64,000 bases of DNA, from positions 32,001 through 96,000 of the forward strand of contig CAWBOS010000011.1 in the NCBI GenBank assembly GCA_963790475.1, read 5' to 3'. The translations under genes were made by a program, and so were the position numbers. The stretch comes from an uncultured delta proteobacterium (GTDB lineage: Bacteria > Desulfobacterota > RBG-13-43-22). The stretch's first letter is position 1. Each line of letters starts with the position of its first letter. This document shows, one piece after another, positions 40,198 through 50,732 of the stretch. The notes under the pieces were generated by a model that worked only from the letters and a program-made list of their open reading frames with translations, made no database searches and had not been told where the DNA came from.

Positions 40198-41883
40198 TTA
40201 CGCCTTTGCCGGCGCTCCTTCTGCCCGTATAACTTTATAACGGTTAAAGGCCTTCAGTCCTTCCACCGCCAGAATGACTGCGCAAATGACCAGGAAGATC
40301 GCAACCAAAATCATCAGACTGTTTCCATATATGGCCCCGCCTTTAACCTTTCCCAAATAAATTTGATTAAAAAGCCTCCAGGCAGTAACTAAGAGAGCAG
40401 CCGTGGTAGTGAAAAACATAAAAATCATCGGGTAAAAAGTCCATCCATATCGTTTCCCCTGAGACATCAACCAGGCTGTCATCAGCAACAAGGCCAGGGA
40501 GGCCATCAATTGGTTGGCTCCTCCAAAAAGGATCCAGAGGTATTGCCACCATCCGGTCAAGATCAGAAACAGGGTGAGAAGGCTGGCAATGACAGTCCCA
40601 ATATGGGCATTTTTGAAGACGGGGCTGATATCGCCCAACAATTCCGATGTGGCAACTCGCATAAACCGGATGACGAGTTGCAGGATGGTGACTGCCAGGA
40701 TGATTAACATCACGCCACCATAGGACTTTCCTATAGCAGCGGGCATTCCCAACGCACCCAGGAATTTGGAAACCCCTCCTGCGAAGACGCCGACTGCTCC
40801 CTTGCCCACGGCTGCCGAATATTCGGCCGAGGACGCAAAAATGGTCCCGGCAATGACCAGGGCGAATACACCAAGCATCATTTCTACAAACATTACGCCG
40901 CCCCCTACCGGACGGGCATCCATTTCGCTTTCCAGTTGGCGCGCCGTCCCTGAACTGGAAACGATACTGTGCCATCCGGAGACAGCCCCGCAACCAATGG
41001 TCACAAACATGATGGGCCAGAGAGGCCCGATTCCGATATTAAAAGAAGTGTAAGCCGGAAGTGTAAATTGAGGATGAAGAATAAATACTCCTATGATACC
41101 GAAGAACAACCCCAGGAAGACAATGTAAGAGGCAACGTAGTTGATTGGAAGGGCGAACCTCCAGATGGGTAAAACCGCCGCGAAGTAGCAGAAGACCAGC
41201 GCAGCAATCGCCCATACCACTCTGCTATTAGCAATACCGGCTCCAAGGATGCTGTCAGAGGGAGCAACTGATCCAAGGTATATCCCAAACAACATAATGA
41301 GCACGGTGACAACCGTGGTCAGAATAATATCCTTTTTCCAGCGAAAGATCATCTGCCCGGCAAGAATTCCACCAAAGGTGAGAAAGAGCCAGGCTATGGG
41401 AGAGCTTTTTTGCCCTATGGCGGCATCAACGACGATATTCCCAAAAGCACCAGCGACCAGAAGCAGAAAGAAATAGATAAAACAGAGAAGAATGATCCGA
41501 GCTTTCGGTGAAATCAATTTGTAACTTAATCCACCGAAGGAAGCCCCCTCATTTCGCATGGCCACCACTGCGCTGGAATAGTCATGGATCCAGCCGATTA
41601 ATAACGCACCAAGCAAGAGCCACAGCAAGGCAGGGAGCCATCCCCATTGGATAGCAATGATAGGCCCGATAACCGGAGCTGCGCCGGCAATGGATTTGAA
41701 TTGGTATCCGAAGAGGATGTTCTTACTGGTAGGCATGAACTCAACGCCGTCCATGTACATCTTGGCCGGGGTAGCTCTGTTGGGGTCGGACTTGATGATC
41801 TTGGTATCGATATACTTGGAATAAAAACGATAGCCGATAAACGCGACAATAAAACCCAAAACAAGGACAATAACTGAATTCAT
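40198..41883 (-). CDS. cstA: Carbon starvation protein A family transporter
   Basis: TPA....DGVEF.PT, F.SIAGAAP, CGAVSGWH, W.LFGGANQL. Confidence 0.92.
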   Translation of the reverse strand: MNSVIVLVLGFIVAFIGYRFYSKYIDTKIIKSDPNRATPAKMYMDGVEFMPTSKNILFGYQFKSIAGAAPVIGPIIAIQWGWLPALLWLLLGALLIGWIHDYSSAVVAMRNEGASFGGLSYKLISPKARIILLCFIYFFLLLVAGAFGNIVVDAAIGQKSSPIAWLFLTFGGILAGQMIFRWKKDIILTTVVTVLIMLFGIYLGSVAPSDSILGAGIANSRVVWAIAALVFCYFAAVLPIWRFALPINYVASYIVFLGLFFGIIGVFILHPQFTLPAYTSFNIGIGPLWPIMFVTIGCGAVSGWHSIVSSSGTARQLESEMDARPVGGGVMFVEMMLGVFALVIAGTIFASSAEYSAAVGKGAVGVFAGGVSKFLGALGMPAAIGKSYGGVMLIILAVTILQLVIRFMRVATSELLGDISPVFKNAHIGTVIASLLTLFLILTGWWQYLWILFGGANQLMASLALLLMTAWLMSQGKRYGWTFYPMIFMFFTTTAALLVTAWRLFNQIYLGKVKGGAIYGNSLMILVAIFLVICAVILAVEGLKAFNRYKVIRAEGAPAKA

Positions 41884-42399
41884 AATTACCTCCTCACTTT
41901 TAAAGGGTTAGAACGCTTATTTTGTGTATCGCTTAAATCCTCCTTGAAATTAATAAGTTATTTCTATAATTAGGAAAATGAAAAGTCAATAGAAATATCA
42001 AGCAAAGCTTGTTTCACTTCGAAGGAATAACGTAATTGGGGATTGTTGGCAAGTCCTTTATAGGAGGGGCAACTGTCCCTCAACCCAACTACTGCTCAGG
42101 TCAACCAGAACAACTTAAGGCTTGTCTTGAATTCTGACTTTTAATTTCCAAGGGCATCTAATCGGGCTGGCCTTGGCCTGCTTTTTTTCTTCTCTTTTAT
42201 ATCTCTATTTGTAAAGTTGTCTTTGGCCCAGCGTTCGCCTTTTTCCGGCCGGTCCGTTTGCTATTTGGCGTCCGCGGACAACGCAGACAAAAACAGACTG
42301 AAATATAGGTTTTCCCCCGGCGTTGGTCCGCCGGGGGAAAAGTCTAGTGGTCGTCTGTGTGGGTCCGTGGCAAAATGGGTTTTATTCGGCCCTTCAGGG

Positions 42400-43635
42400 T
42401 CAAACCGCCTCCACCACGGTGGCGATGCCGACTCCGCCGCCGCCGCAGATCATCTGGAGGCCGGCCCTCCCCTTGGTGCGCTTGAGGTGATGGGCCATTT
42501 CCCCGAAGTAGATGACTCCGGATGCCCCAATGGGATGACCCAGGGCAATGGCCCCACCTGTCGGATTCACCCGGGGATCGAAACGGTCGTAGCCCAGATC
42601 ATCGGCAAACTGGAGCAAGGGGGAGGCGAAGGCTTCGTTGGGCTCGATGATGTCCATATCCGCGATGGTTTTGCCGGCCCGCTTGAGGGCTTTTCTCGCC
42701 GCCGGGATAGGCGCCAGGAGCATGGGCACCGGCTCCCCTCCGGCCACGGCACAGGCTGAAATCTTACAAAGAGGTTCAAGTCCCAGGGCCTCGGCCTTGT
42801 CGGCACTCATCAGCAGGACCGCAGCCGCCCCATCCACGATCTGCGAGGAATTGCCGGCACTGACCCGCCCTTTTTCCTTAAAAGGTGTGGGAAGGCCCAT
42901 AAGATCCTGGAGGTAGGCCTCAGGATCCTCCACCGCCTTGGCCCGAAGGACCTCGTCTTTTTCAACCTTTCGGGTCACTCCTTCATAGGTGAACTCGAAG
43001 GGAACAATATGTTCCGCAAACCAGCCCTTCCTCTGGGCCTCGATGGCCTTCTGCATACTCCACCTGCCAAAACGCTCCAGGTCCTCCCGGGTGTGCTTCT
43101 GGTCCTCGGAGATCATTTCGGCGCAAAGCCCCTGGGGCACGGACAGGCCGCCCTCCGCCAGGCGTTCCGACAACCGAACGGGATATTTGGCATCGATGGC
43201 CACCTGAATATCCGACATCATGCCGTAGTGGGACATGATCTCCACGCCCCCGCAGACAAAGATGTCTCCCTCCCCGGCCATGATTTCATGGGCAGCGATA
43301 TTGATGGCCTTGAGTCCGGCATTGCAATACTGGTTCACTGTGCAACCTGCCGCCTCGTTGGGGATACCGGCCAGGAGAGAGGCCACGCGCGCAATATTGG
43401 CCCCTTGTTCCCCGATCTGGCTCAGACAACCAATGATCACGTTTTCGATTTCCGATTCGTCGAATTTGGGGCTTCGGGAGTGAACCCTGTCCAACAATCC
43501 CCGGAGAATCCTGGCCAGGAAATCCTGAGCCGATGCCTGGCAAAGCTGGCCGCCTTTTTCCATTCCCTTGCGCCCCGATTTGCCGATAGCCGACCGTACC
43601 GCATCCACGACAACCACTTCTTTCAAACTTTTCAT
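42400..43635 (-). CDS. Acetyl-CoA C-acyltransferase (thiolase)
   Basis: NQYCNAG, NEAFA, GHPIGASG, CGGGG; RBS before MKSLKEVV. Confidence 0.92.
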   Translation of the reverse strand: MKSLKEVVVVDAVRSAIGKSGRKGMEKGGQLCQASAQDFLARILRGLLDRVHSRSPKFDESEIENVIIGCLSQIGEQGANIARVASLLAGIPNEAAGCTVNQYCNAGLKAINIAAHEIMAGEGDIFVCGGVEIMSHYGMMSDIQVAIDAKYPVRLSERLAEGGLSVPQGLCAEMISEDQKHTREDLERFGRWSMQKAIEAQRKGWFAEHIVPFEFTYEGVTRKVEKDEVLRAKAVEDPEAYLQDLMGLPTPFKEKGRVSAGNSSQIVDGAAAVLLMSADKAEALGLEPLCKISACAVAGGEPVPMLLAPIPAARKALKRAGKTIADMDIIEPNEAFASPLLQFADDLGYDRFDPRVNPTGGAIALGHPIGASGVIYFGEMAHHLKRTKGRAGLQMICGGGGVGIATVVEAV

Positions 43636-44019
43636 GTTTACCTCTCCTTCTTTTAAGGTTCTCTCCGCTGCCCTGCCGAGGCAAACCCACAAGGACATTC
43701 GGTATTCTTCTCGGCAAAGGCTTCTGTCAGGCCACACCATTAAATTTAAATAATCAAGAATATATTCTCAATTGTGGGGATTATAGAATAGAGAGAAAAT
43801 AAGAGTCAATGAATATTAAATCCGACTCCCAACGACGATATATTCCGAAAAATCCAAGCCAAAATGCCGTCCTGCGATCCGTCCTTTTGACACGGCCTTC
43901 TTTATTCATTGACAAAAACTATTTAAACTTGAAATAGTTAAACAGGTCGTAGTATACTTCTATAGTTGTAACTGAAAAAATAATCCTCTGTAAATTGGAA
44001 AAAGTGAGGGAGGTAAAGC

Positions 44020-45054
44020 ATGAAAGCAGCGATTTTAGAGAAAGGCATATTAGAAATAAGAGAGGTCCCCAAGCCCAGCCCAAAAAACGAAGAAGCCCTG
44101 GTCCGAATGATCACTGCCGGGGTTTGTCACTCGGATTTACATTTGGTCAGGGGGGATTGGCCACGGTTCGCCGTACCTTTTGCTATTCCCCTCGGTCATG
44201 AAGGAATCGGGATAGTCGAGGAATTGGGACCCGGGGCGGAAAAATTCGTCCAAAAAGGAGACCGGGTAATATTGGGCCTGGGCGGCGCCGGAGGAGGGTA
44301 TTGGTGCGGGGCCTGTGAGTATTGCCTCAGTGGGAGGCCGAGGCTTTGTAAAGAGACCAAGGGCATTATGGGGACTTATGCCGAGTACATTTCACTATGG
44401 GCAAAATCATTGGTGAAACTCCCGGATGAGGTGAGCAACCAGGAAGTGCCCCTGGCCTGCGGCGGATTAACCGCTTACAGCGCCGTTAAAAAACTTCTCA
44501 AGTATGAAATCCTTCCGGGAAAGCCGATAGCCATTGTCGGGGCCGGGGGTGGACTTGGCCACTATGCGGTACAAGTTGCCAAGGCTTTTGGATATAAAGT
44601 TATCGGGGTGGATGTTGGCCGGGAAAAACTGGATTTCATAAAAAGTTTGGGGGCCGATTATGCCCTGGATGCCGGGGAAGCCGCCCAATTCGTCAAAGAA
44701 AAATTCAAAGGGGTCTATGCCAGCATTGTCTTTTCTTCCAAGTTAGCCGGTTTTGAACTCGGATTAAAATTGATGAAACGTGGCGGGGTCTTTATTAGTG
44801 TAGGAATGCCGGCCGCCAGCGAAGGCTCCCTGTCTTTATCCCCGCTGGATCTGTTGGCCCGGGATCCCCTGATCATGTCCTCCGCTGTGGGTAACGTTGA
44901 GGAAATGAGGGAATTGGTTCAATTGGCGGCAGAGGGTAAAGTCAAAACGCACATCAGCCGGGAGGCTTGCCTCACAGAACTACCTCAGGTATTCGAGGAA
45001 TTGGAAAAAGGGGCCTATCCCGGCCGGGCGTTGATTAATGATATGACCCAATAA
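44020..45054 (+). CDS. Zinc-dependent alcohol dehydrogenase
   Basis: GVCHSD, GHEG, CGACEYC...C, GAGGGLG. Confidence 0.93.
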   Translation: MKAAILEKGILEIREVPKPSPKNEEALVRMITAGVCHSDLHLVRGDWPRFAVPFAIPLGHEGIGIVEELGPGAEKFVQKGDRVILGLGGAGGGYWCGACEYCLSGRPRLCKETKGIMGTYAEYISLWAKSLVKLPDEVSNQEVPLACGGLTAYSAVKKLLKYEILPGKPIAIVGAGGGLGHYAVQVAKAFGYKVIGVDVGREKLDFIKSLGADYALDAGEAAQFVKEKFKGVYASIVFSSKLAGFELGLKLMKRGGVFISVGMPAASEGSLSLSPLDLLARDPLIMSSAVGNVEEMRELVQLAAEGKVKTHISREACLTELPQVFEELEKGAYPGRALINDMTQ

Positions 45055-45079
45055 CGCTCGAGGGCGTAAGAGGACATAT

Positions 45080-45616
45080 ATGACACCCAAACAATTTTAC
45101 GACTGGCAAACCTCCGGCGGGACCGATGATGTCATGCGTCTAGTGGATTGCCTGGAAAGGGCGGATATTGTCTGGTGTGCCATCGGCGGAATCGCCGTTA
45201 ATCATTGGGCCGAAGAGCCGATGGTCACCCAGGATGTGGATCTGGTGATTGCCGTCGAATCCGTGGAACGGGCTGTCTGCCTTTTGGAAGAAAGCGGCTT
45301 CAAGGCGGAACGCTTTCCCTGGTCCGTTAATCTGAGGGGTCGATCCAGGTTAACCATTCAAATAAGCACCGGGGAGTTCTACCGGGATTTCCCTGGCCGA
45401 TCAGTCCCGGCGGATGTTCATGGGATATTAATGCGGGTGGCCTCACTCGAAGATACATTGCATGGGAAAATGAAAGCCTGGGAAGATACGGAACGAAGGC
45501 AGAGCAAGAAAATCAAAGACCTGGGCGATATCGCCCGGCTGGTGGAAAGCCACCCCCATTTATGGCCGATGCTTAATAAAGAACTTAAAACTCTGATTCA
45601 ACGGCCTTCCATTTAA
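45080..45616 (+). CDS. Nucleotidyltransferase-fold protein
   Basis: IGGIAV...TQDVD and C-terminal K..D..D. Confidence 0.75.
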   Translation: MTPKQFYDWQTSGGTDDVMRLVDCLERADIVWCAIGGIAVNHWAEEPMVTQDVDLVIAVESVERAVCLLEESGFKAERFPWSVNLRGRSRLTIQISTGEFYRDFPGRSVPADVHGILMRVASLEDTLHGKMKAWEDTERRQSKKIKDLGDIARLVESHPHLWPMLNKELKTLIQRPSI

Positions 45617-45716
45617 CCAAATATCGGCTTCTCAACCTATTACTGAGGACTTTTCCTTTGCTGTATCCGTTGAGGTCTTTCCCGATATTTTACCCTTTAG
45701 AGGCCTTATCAATTCC

Positions 45717-48212
45717 ATGACAGACCCCCCAGACAATCCTCAGCTCCAGTTGGCCTTCGAATATGTGCAGTACACCGGCCGGAACCTATTTCTAACCGGG
45801 AAAGCCGGGACCGGCAAAACGACTTTTTTGCACACCTTGAAAACGCAGTCGCCCAAGCGGATGGTTGTCGTGGCGCCTACGGGGGTGGCGGCCATCAATG
45901 CCGGCGGGGTCACCATTCACTCCTTCTTCCAGTTACCCTTCGGTCCCCTGGTACCGGATATGGAATCCGGCGGCGACAAACCAGGAGGCCATTACCGCTT
46001 CAGCCGGCAAAAAATAGATATTATCCGCAGTCTTGACCTGCTGGTCATCGACGAGATCAGCATGGTGCGCGCCGACCTGCTGGACGGCATTGACGCGGTC
46101 CTGCGCCGCTTCCGCGGAGGCAGCCGGCCTTTTGGCGGTGTGCAATTGCTGATGATCGGCGATTTGCAGCAACTGGCCCCGGTGGTCAAAGACGACGAAT
46201 GGGAAATCCTGCGCAGCCATTATCAGACGGTGTTCTTTTTCAGCAGCCAGGCCTTGGCCCGGACCCGGTTCGTAAGTATCGAGCTGCAACATATCTACCG
46301 GCAAAGCGATGCCCGGTTCATCGATCTGCTGGCCAAGGTCCGCGAAAACCGGATGAATGAGTCCGACCTGATCGCCCTTAATAAACGCTGCCATCCGGTC
46401 TTGGCCGAAGAAGCGCCTGAAGGCACCATTACCCTGACCACCCACAATTTTCAGGCCCGGAAAATCAACGAAGCCCGGCTGGCCGCCTTGCCCGGCAAAG
46501 AGAAACGGTTCGAGGCCCGGGTGGAAGGTGAATTTCCCCCCTACGCCTTTCCGACGGATTCTGAATTAGTGCTCAAGCCCGGGGCCCAGGTGATGTTCGT
46601 CAAGAACGACAGCTCTCCTGAAAAGTTGTTTTTCAACGGCAAGATCGGCCGGCTTAAACGGATCTCCGAAAACGGGCTGGTGGTCGAGTGCCCCGGTGAT
46701 CCCAAACCAATCCTGGTTGAACCCGCCGAATGGAAAAACATCAAATACACACTGAACGAAGAGACCAAGGCGATTGAAGAAACCGAGTCCGGGAAATTCA
46801 TTCAGTTTCCCCTCAAACTGGCCTGGGCGATCACGATTCATAAGAGCCAGGGACTTACCTTTGATAAAGTCATCATCGATGCCCGGACCGCTTTTGCTGA
46901 CGGCCAGGTTTATGTGGCCCTGAGCCGTTGCCGGACCCTCGAGGGACTGGTGCTCAGCACCCCTATCGAAAACCGCAGCATCAAAAGCAGCGCCGTCGTC
47001 GGGGAATTCACCCGCATCCTCGAACAAAATGCCCCGGATCAAGACCAACTCCAGGAAGCCAAACGGGATTATCAGATAATGCTTCTCGATGAGCTGTTCG
47101 ATTTTTCAAACCTGTTGCGTTGTCTGTTCTCCTGCCTGAAAATCACCAGCGAGTACAAAAGCATATTGGCAGGGGTCACTCCTGCCTTTTTCGGGGGAAT
47201 TATTGATGCTGCCAAGGCGGAAATAACCGGAGTGGCCGACAAGTTCACCCTTCAGCGCGGGCAGATCGTCAAAGAGACTGGTGATCTGGAAACCAGTCCG
47301 TTGCTCCAGGAACGGGTGGGCAAGGCCGCCGAATATTTTTTCGGGAAAATCGAATCACTGGTGGCCCAACCCCTGCAAGCCGTTTCGTTTGAAACCGACA
47401 ACCGCGAAGCCCGCCAGGACCTGCAAAAGGTCCTGGAGGCCGTGCTCAAGGAAGCGGCGGGGAATTTGTACTGCCTCAATGCCTGCCGATCAGGCATCGT
47501 CTTTGCTGATTTTCTCAAAGTGCGCGCACAATCCTTATTCCAGGAACCGGCTACCAAACCGGTTCCTCGGAAAGAAGACCAGGGGGCGATATCCGACACC
47601 TTCAGCCACCCGGAGCTTTTTGACAGACTTAAACAATGGCGCGCGGCCAAAGCTAAGAAAGCCGGGCGGCCTGCATTTTGGGTGCTTCACAACACGGCCC
47701 TGGCTGAGATTTCCGAAAGGCTGCCGGCTTCAAGTGAAGAACTCTGCGTAATCAAGGGGTTGAAAGGCAAGAAAGGTAAAGCCCTGGGATCTGAAATCCT
47801 GGAGCTGGTCGGCGAATACCGATTGGAACACAACTTGCCTAAGTCTCAAGCGGTGCAGGAAATCGAGAGCGGCCGGCCGGCAAGAGAAAAATCCAAAAAG
47901 CCAAAAACCAAAGAAGAATCCCTGAGACTCTTTCTTGAAGGACGGAGTACAACCGAAGTGGCAGCGCTGCGGGGTCTGACCTTGACGACGGTCGAAGGTC
48001 ATCTGGCTCATTTTGTCGGTACCGGGAAACTGAGTCTGGACCGGCTCATGGAACCGGAAAAAGCGGCCCGTATCGCCGCCTATTTCCAGGGCAATCCCTA
48101 CCAGGGCCTGACTCCGGCCAAAGAAATCCTGGGGAAAGACGTATCCTACGGCGACCTTCGGTTCGTTTTGAAAGATCTCGAGCGCCAGAGTAAACTCAAA
48201 ACCGGCTTTTAG
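45717..48212 (+). CDS. Pif1-like helicase with HRDC and C-terminal HTH domains
   Basis: GKAGTGKT, DEISM, GDLQQL, TIHKSQG, YVALSR; HRDC-like LFDRLKQWR; STTEVAALRGL...HL. Confidence 0.9.
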   Translation: MTDPPDNPQLQLAFEYVQYTGRNLFLTGKAGTGKTTFLHTLKTQSPKRMVVVAPTGVAAINAGGVTIHSFFQLPFGPLVPDMESGGDKPGGHYRFSRQKIDIIRSLDLLVIDEISMVRADLLDGIDAVLRRFRGGSRPFGGVQLLMIGDLQQLAPVVKDDEWEILRSHYQTVFFFSSQALARTRFVSIELQHIYRQSDARFIDLLAKVRENRMNESDLIALNKRCHPVLAEEAPEGTITLTTHNFQARKINEARLAALPGKEKRFEARVEGEFPPYAFPTDSELVLKPGAQVMFVKNDSSPEKLFFNGKIGRLKRISENGLVVECPGDPKPILVEPAEWKNIKYTLNEETKAIEETESGKFIQFPLKLAWAITIHKSQGLTFDKVIIDARTAFADGQVYVALSRCRTLEGLVLSTPIENRSIKSSAVVGEFTRILEQNAPDQDQLQEAKRDYQIMLLDELFDFSNLLRCLFSCLKITSEYKSILAGVTPAFFGGIIDAAKAEITGVADKFTLQRGQIVKETGDLETSPLLQERVGKAAEYFFGKIESLVAQPLQAVSFETDNREARQDLQKVLEAVLKEAAGNLYCLNACRSGIVFADFLKVRAQSLFQEPATKPVPRKEDQGAISDTFSHPELFDRLKQWRAAKAKKAGRPAFWVLHNTALAEISERLPASSEELCVIKGLKGKKGKALGSEILELVGEYRLEHNLPKSQAVQEIESGRPAREKSKKPKTKEESLRLFLEGRSTTEVAALRGLTLTTVEGHLAHFVGTGKLSLDRLMEPEKAARIAAYFQGNPYQGLTPAKEILGKDVSYGDLRFVLKDLERQSKLKTGF

Positions 48213-48222
48213 TGCTTTAAAT

Positions 48223-48939
48223 ATGGAAAGGTTTATCCCTCCCGACATGAATACAATCTCGGCCATAAAAGTAATCAGCACCGATCTATTCCGTACGCTG
48301 GTCAAGGTGGACGAAAATCGAGGTTTTATCTGGCGGACCTTGATGGGAGAAAACTATAACGATAAACTCGCGCAGAAGTATTGGGAAAGGGCCACCGAGA
48401 TTCTATTCAATAATCTGGATGCCGCGGCGGCCCAGTTAGACCCCTTCAAAAACATCCGGGACATTTTTATCGAAAGCTATACCCTGCTTTTTGAAGAAAT
48501 AAACTTCCAGTATGACCCCCGCTTAGCGGCGGAGACCTTGTTTCAAGGTCATAAACTGGATCATCTCTTTGAAGACACCCGTCCTTTTTTGCAGGCTGCC
48601 GGATCCCGATTTCCAATTTGTCTGTCCACGGATTGCGACAGCGATATGCTGAATGGCATTGAGAATATTTATGGGTTCGACAAGATATTTGTCTCCGAAC
48701 AGATGAAAACCTATAAGGAGCATCCACTATTTTTCACCCAGGTACTGCAACATTACCGGTTAAAGCCCAAGAATATTCTACACATCGGAGATTCCAAATC
48801 CGACATCCTCACCCCTAAAAAATTGGGCCTCCAAACCTGCTGGGTAAACCGTTCCGGAGAAGAATGGAAGCACGAAATCAAGCCGGATTTCGAAGTAAAA
48901 TCCTTGCTGGACATTTTGGAAATTCTGGGTATCAAATAG
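48223..48939 (+). CDS. HAD-family hydrolase
   Basis: DLFRTL, K and HIGDSKSD motifs. Confidence 0.82.
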   Translation: MERFIPPDMNTISAIKVISTDLFRTLVKVDENRGFIWRTLMGENYNDKLAQKYWERATEILFNNLDAAAAQLDPFKNIRDIFIESYTLLFEEINFQYDPRLAAETLFQGHKLDHLFEDTRPFLQAAGSRFPICLSTDCDSDMLNGIENIYGFDKIFVSEQMKTYKEHPLFFTQVLQHYRLKPKNILHIGDSKSDILTPKKLGLQTCWVNRSGEEWKHEIKPDFEVKSLLDILEILGIK

Positions 48940-49030
48940 TTTCCGATCTCCCACCTCGGATTATTGGAACTACGAGATGAAAGGTTATTTTTTCCGGAAT
49001 CACTAACTCTTTCCATAGGAGCATCAAGCC

Positions 49031-50374
49031 ATGTCGAAACCCAGAGATGTTGAAGAAGAGGGGCCGGCCGGAAAAAATCATAGCGGCAAACGGGCGATAA
49101 TCATTATGTCCTTCGCCCAATTCTTTGATTTTACCGAACCGCAGATCTTGAATACCATGTATGTTTCCATCCAATCGGCACTCAATCTGGCCGACAGCGC
49201 ACTGGGTTATTTAACCGCCGTCAAACGGGGTGTCGAAACGGTTAGCGTTTTTATCTGGGGTATGCTCTCCGATCGTTTTCGGCGCCGGGAGATACTGGCC
49301 GCCTCGACCCTGCTGGCTGCCGTCGGAGCGATACTGACGGGCTTTTCACAGAAGTTCGCCTTTTTTTTCGTGGTAACCATGATCGCCAATGTGGGCGCCT
49401 GTGCGATGGAAGGGCAGACCAACTCCGTCTTGTCCGATTTATATCCGGTCAAGGAACGGGGCAAGGCCTTCGGTTTTTTACGCGGTCTGGCCTATTCAGG
49501 ACTTATATTTGCTTTAGTGGCTTTCAGTCTTCTTTCCGATCATGCGCCGTCAATGGGGTGGCGTATGGCCTATTGGGGTTTTGGTGTTTTGGGAATAGGG
49601 GCCAGTCTGGCCATTTGGAAGTGGCTTGAAGAACCGATACGAGGGCAGACTGAGGCAGCCCTTGAAGGTGTCTCCTTGGATATCATAGAAGAAAGGGAAT
49701 CCCGTGCTTTTAGTATTCGGGAGGCGATGAACCAATTCCGCGTGCCGACGATCATGGTGGATATCGTCAACCTGATTCTACTGGGTTTTCCGAAAATCAT
49801 GCTGGTCAATTTTTCGGTCACCTTCTTTGTCAAGGTTAGAAACATCCGGGAAGGATTGGCCATATTGATCACTCTGTTGGGATTGATCGGTTTTATTGTC
49901 GGAAGCATAACCGGCGGTCTGCTCGGCGATCGAATGGGGCGGCGTATGGGCGAAAAAATGCGTCTGGTGACCGGCCATTGTGTGCTGGCTATCCTGGTCG
50001 TTATGACTTTTCTGGTCTTCGGCGTCCCTTTCCATTCCCTGACCCTGTATATGATCGTGGCCTTCTTCACGGCCTTCTGCGTTGAATTTATGTACAGTAT
50101 CACCCGTGTGGTGGTTTCGGCGGCCCTGTTACCGGAAGTTCGAACGGTTGGTTTCTCGATCGGCCGAATGGCTGACTCCTGCGGTTCAATAATAGCCAGC
50201 CTGATTTACGCCTTTGTCGTGGCGGATTATGGGATTGGAGATTCGGTACTTTGGCTGAGCGTCGGCGGCGCCCTACTGGCATTTTTTCAATACTTTGGGT
50301 ATTATTTTACTTTTTCCCGGGATGCTGATCGGATGCAAAAACAACTGGCTGTGCGTATCCAAGGGCGGCCATAG
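49031..50374 (+). CDS. MFS transporter
   Basis: GMLSDRFRRR, SDLYPVKERG; about 12 TM segments. Confidence 0.9.
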   Translation: MSKPRDVEEEGPAGKNHSGKRAIIIMSFAQFFDFTEPQILNTMYVSIQSALNLADSALGYLTAVKRGVETVSVFIWGMLSDRFRRREILAASTLLAAVGAILTGFSQKFAFFFVVTMIANVGACAMEGQTNSVLSDLYPVKERGKAFGFLRGLAYSGLIFALVAFSLLSDHAPSMGWRMAYWGFGVLGIGASLAIWKWLEEPIRGQTEAALEGVSLDIIEERESRAFSIREAMNQFRVPTIMVDIVNLILLGFPKIMLVNFSVTFFVKVRNIREGLAILITLLGLIGFIVGSITGGLLGDRMGRRMGEKMRLVTGHCVLAILVVMTFLVFGVPFHSLTLYMIVAFFTAFCVEFMYSITRVVVSAALLPEVRTVGFSIGRMADSCGSIIASLIYAFVVADYGIGDSVLWLSVGGALLAFFQYFGYYFTFSRDADRMQKQLAVRIQGRP

Positions 50375-50732
50375 CCGGTGGATCTATTGGGAAATAAAGA
50401 GTAACCCCCCCAACAAAAAGAAGCAGAAGGCATGATGGTTTGGGGCCTACTTGATCATCAGGGCCAGACCGCTGAGTAGCAAAGCCAGGTAGGTCAAAAC
50501 CTGGGAAAACCGGGCTTTAACGTGAATGAGACTGGCCGCGATGATATCGATTACCAGCCCCGGCAGCCCCCAAGCGGTCACGGTCAGTATTTCCGCGTTA
50601 ACCAGGGCGTTCAACCGCCTAATATCAAGGCCAGTCGTCTTGCTTAAATTTAATATGCCCCCGATTGCATAGGGATATGGATTTTTTGGGTAGAGGAGGA
50701 AAAAGAAAGTACGGGGTGGGGAAGGTAACTTT

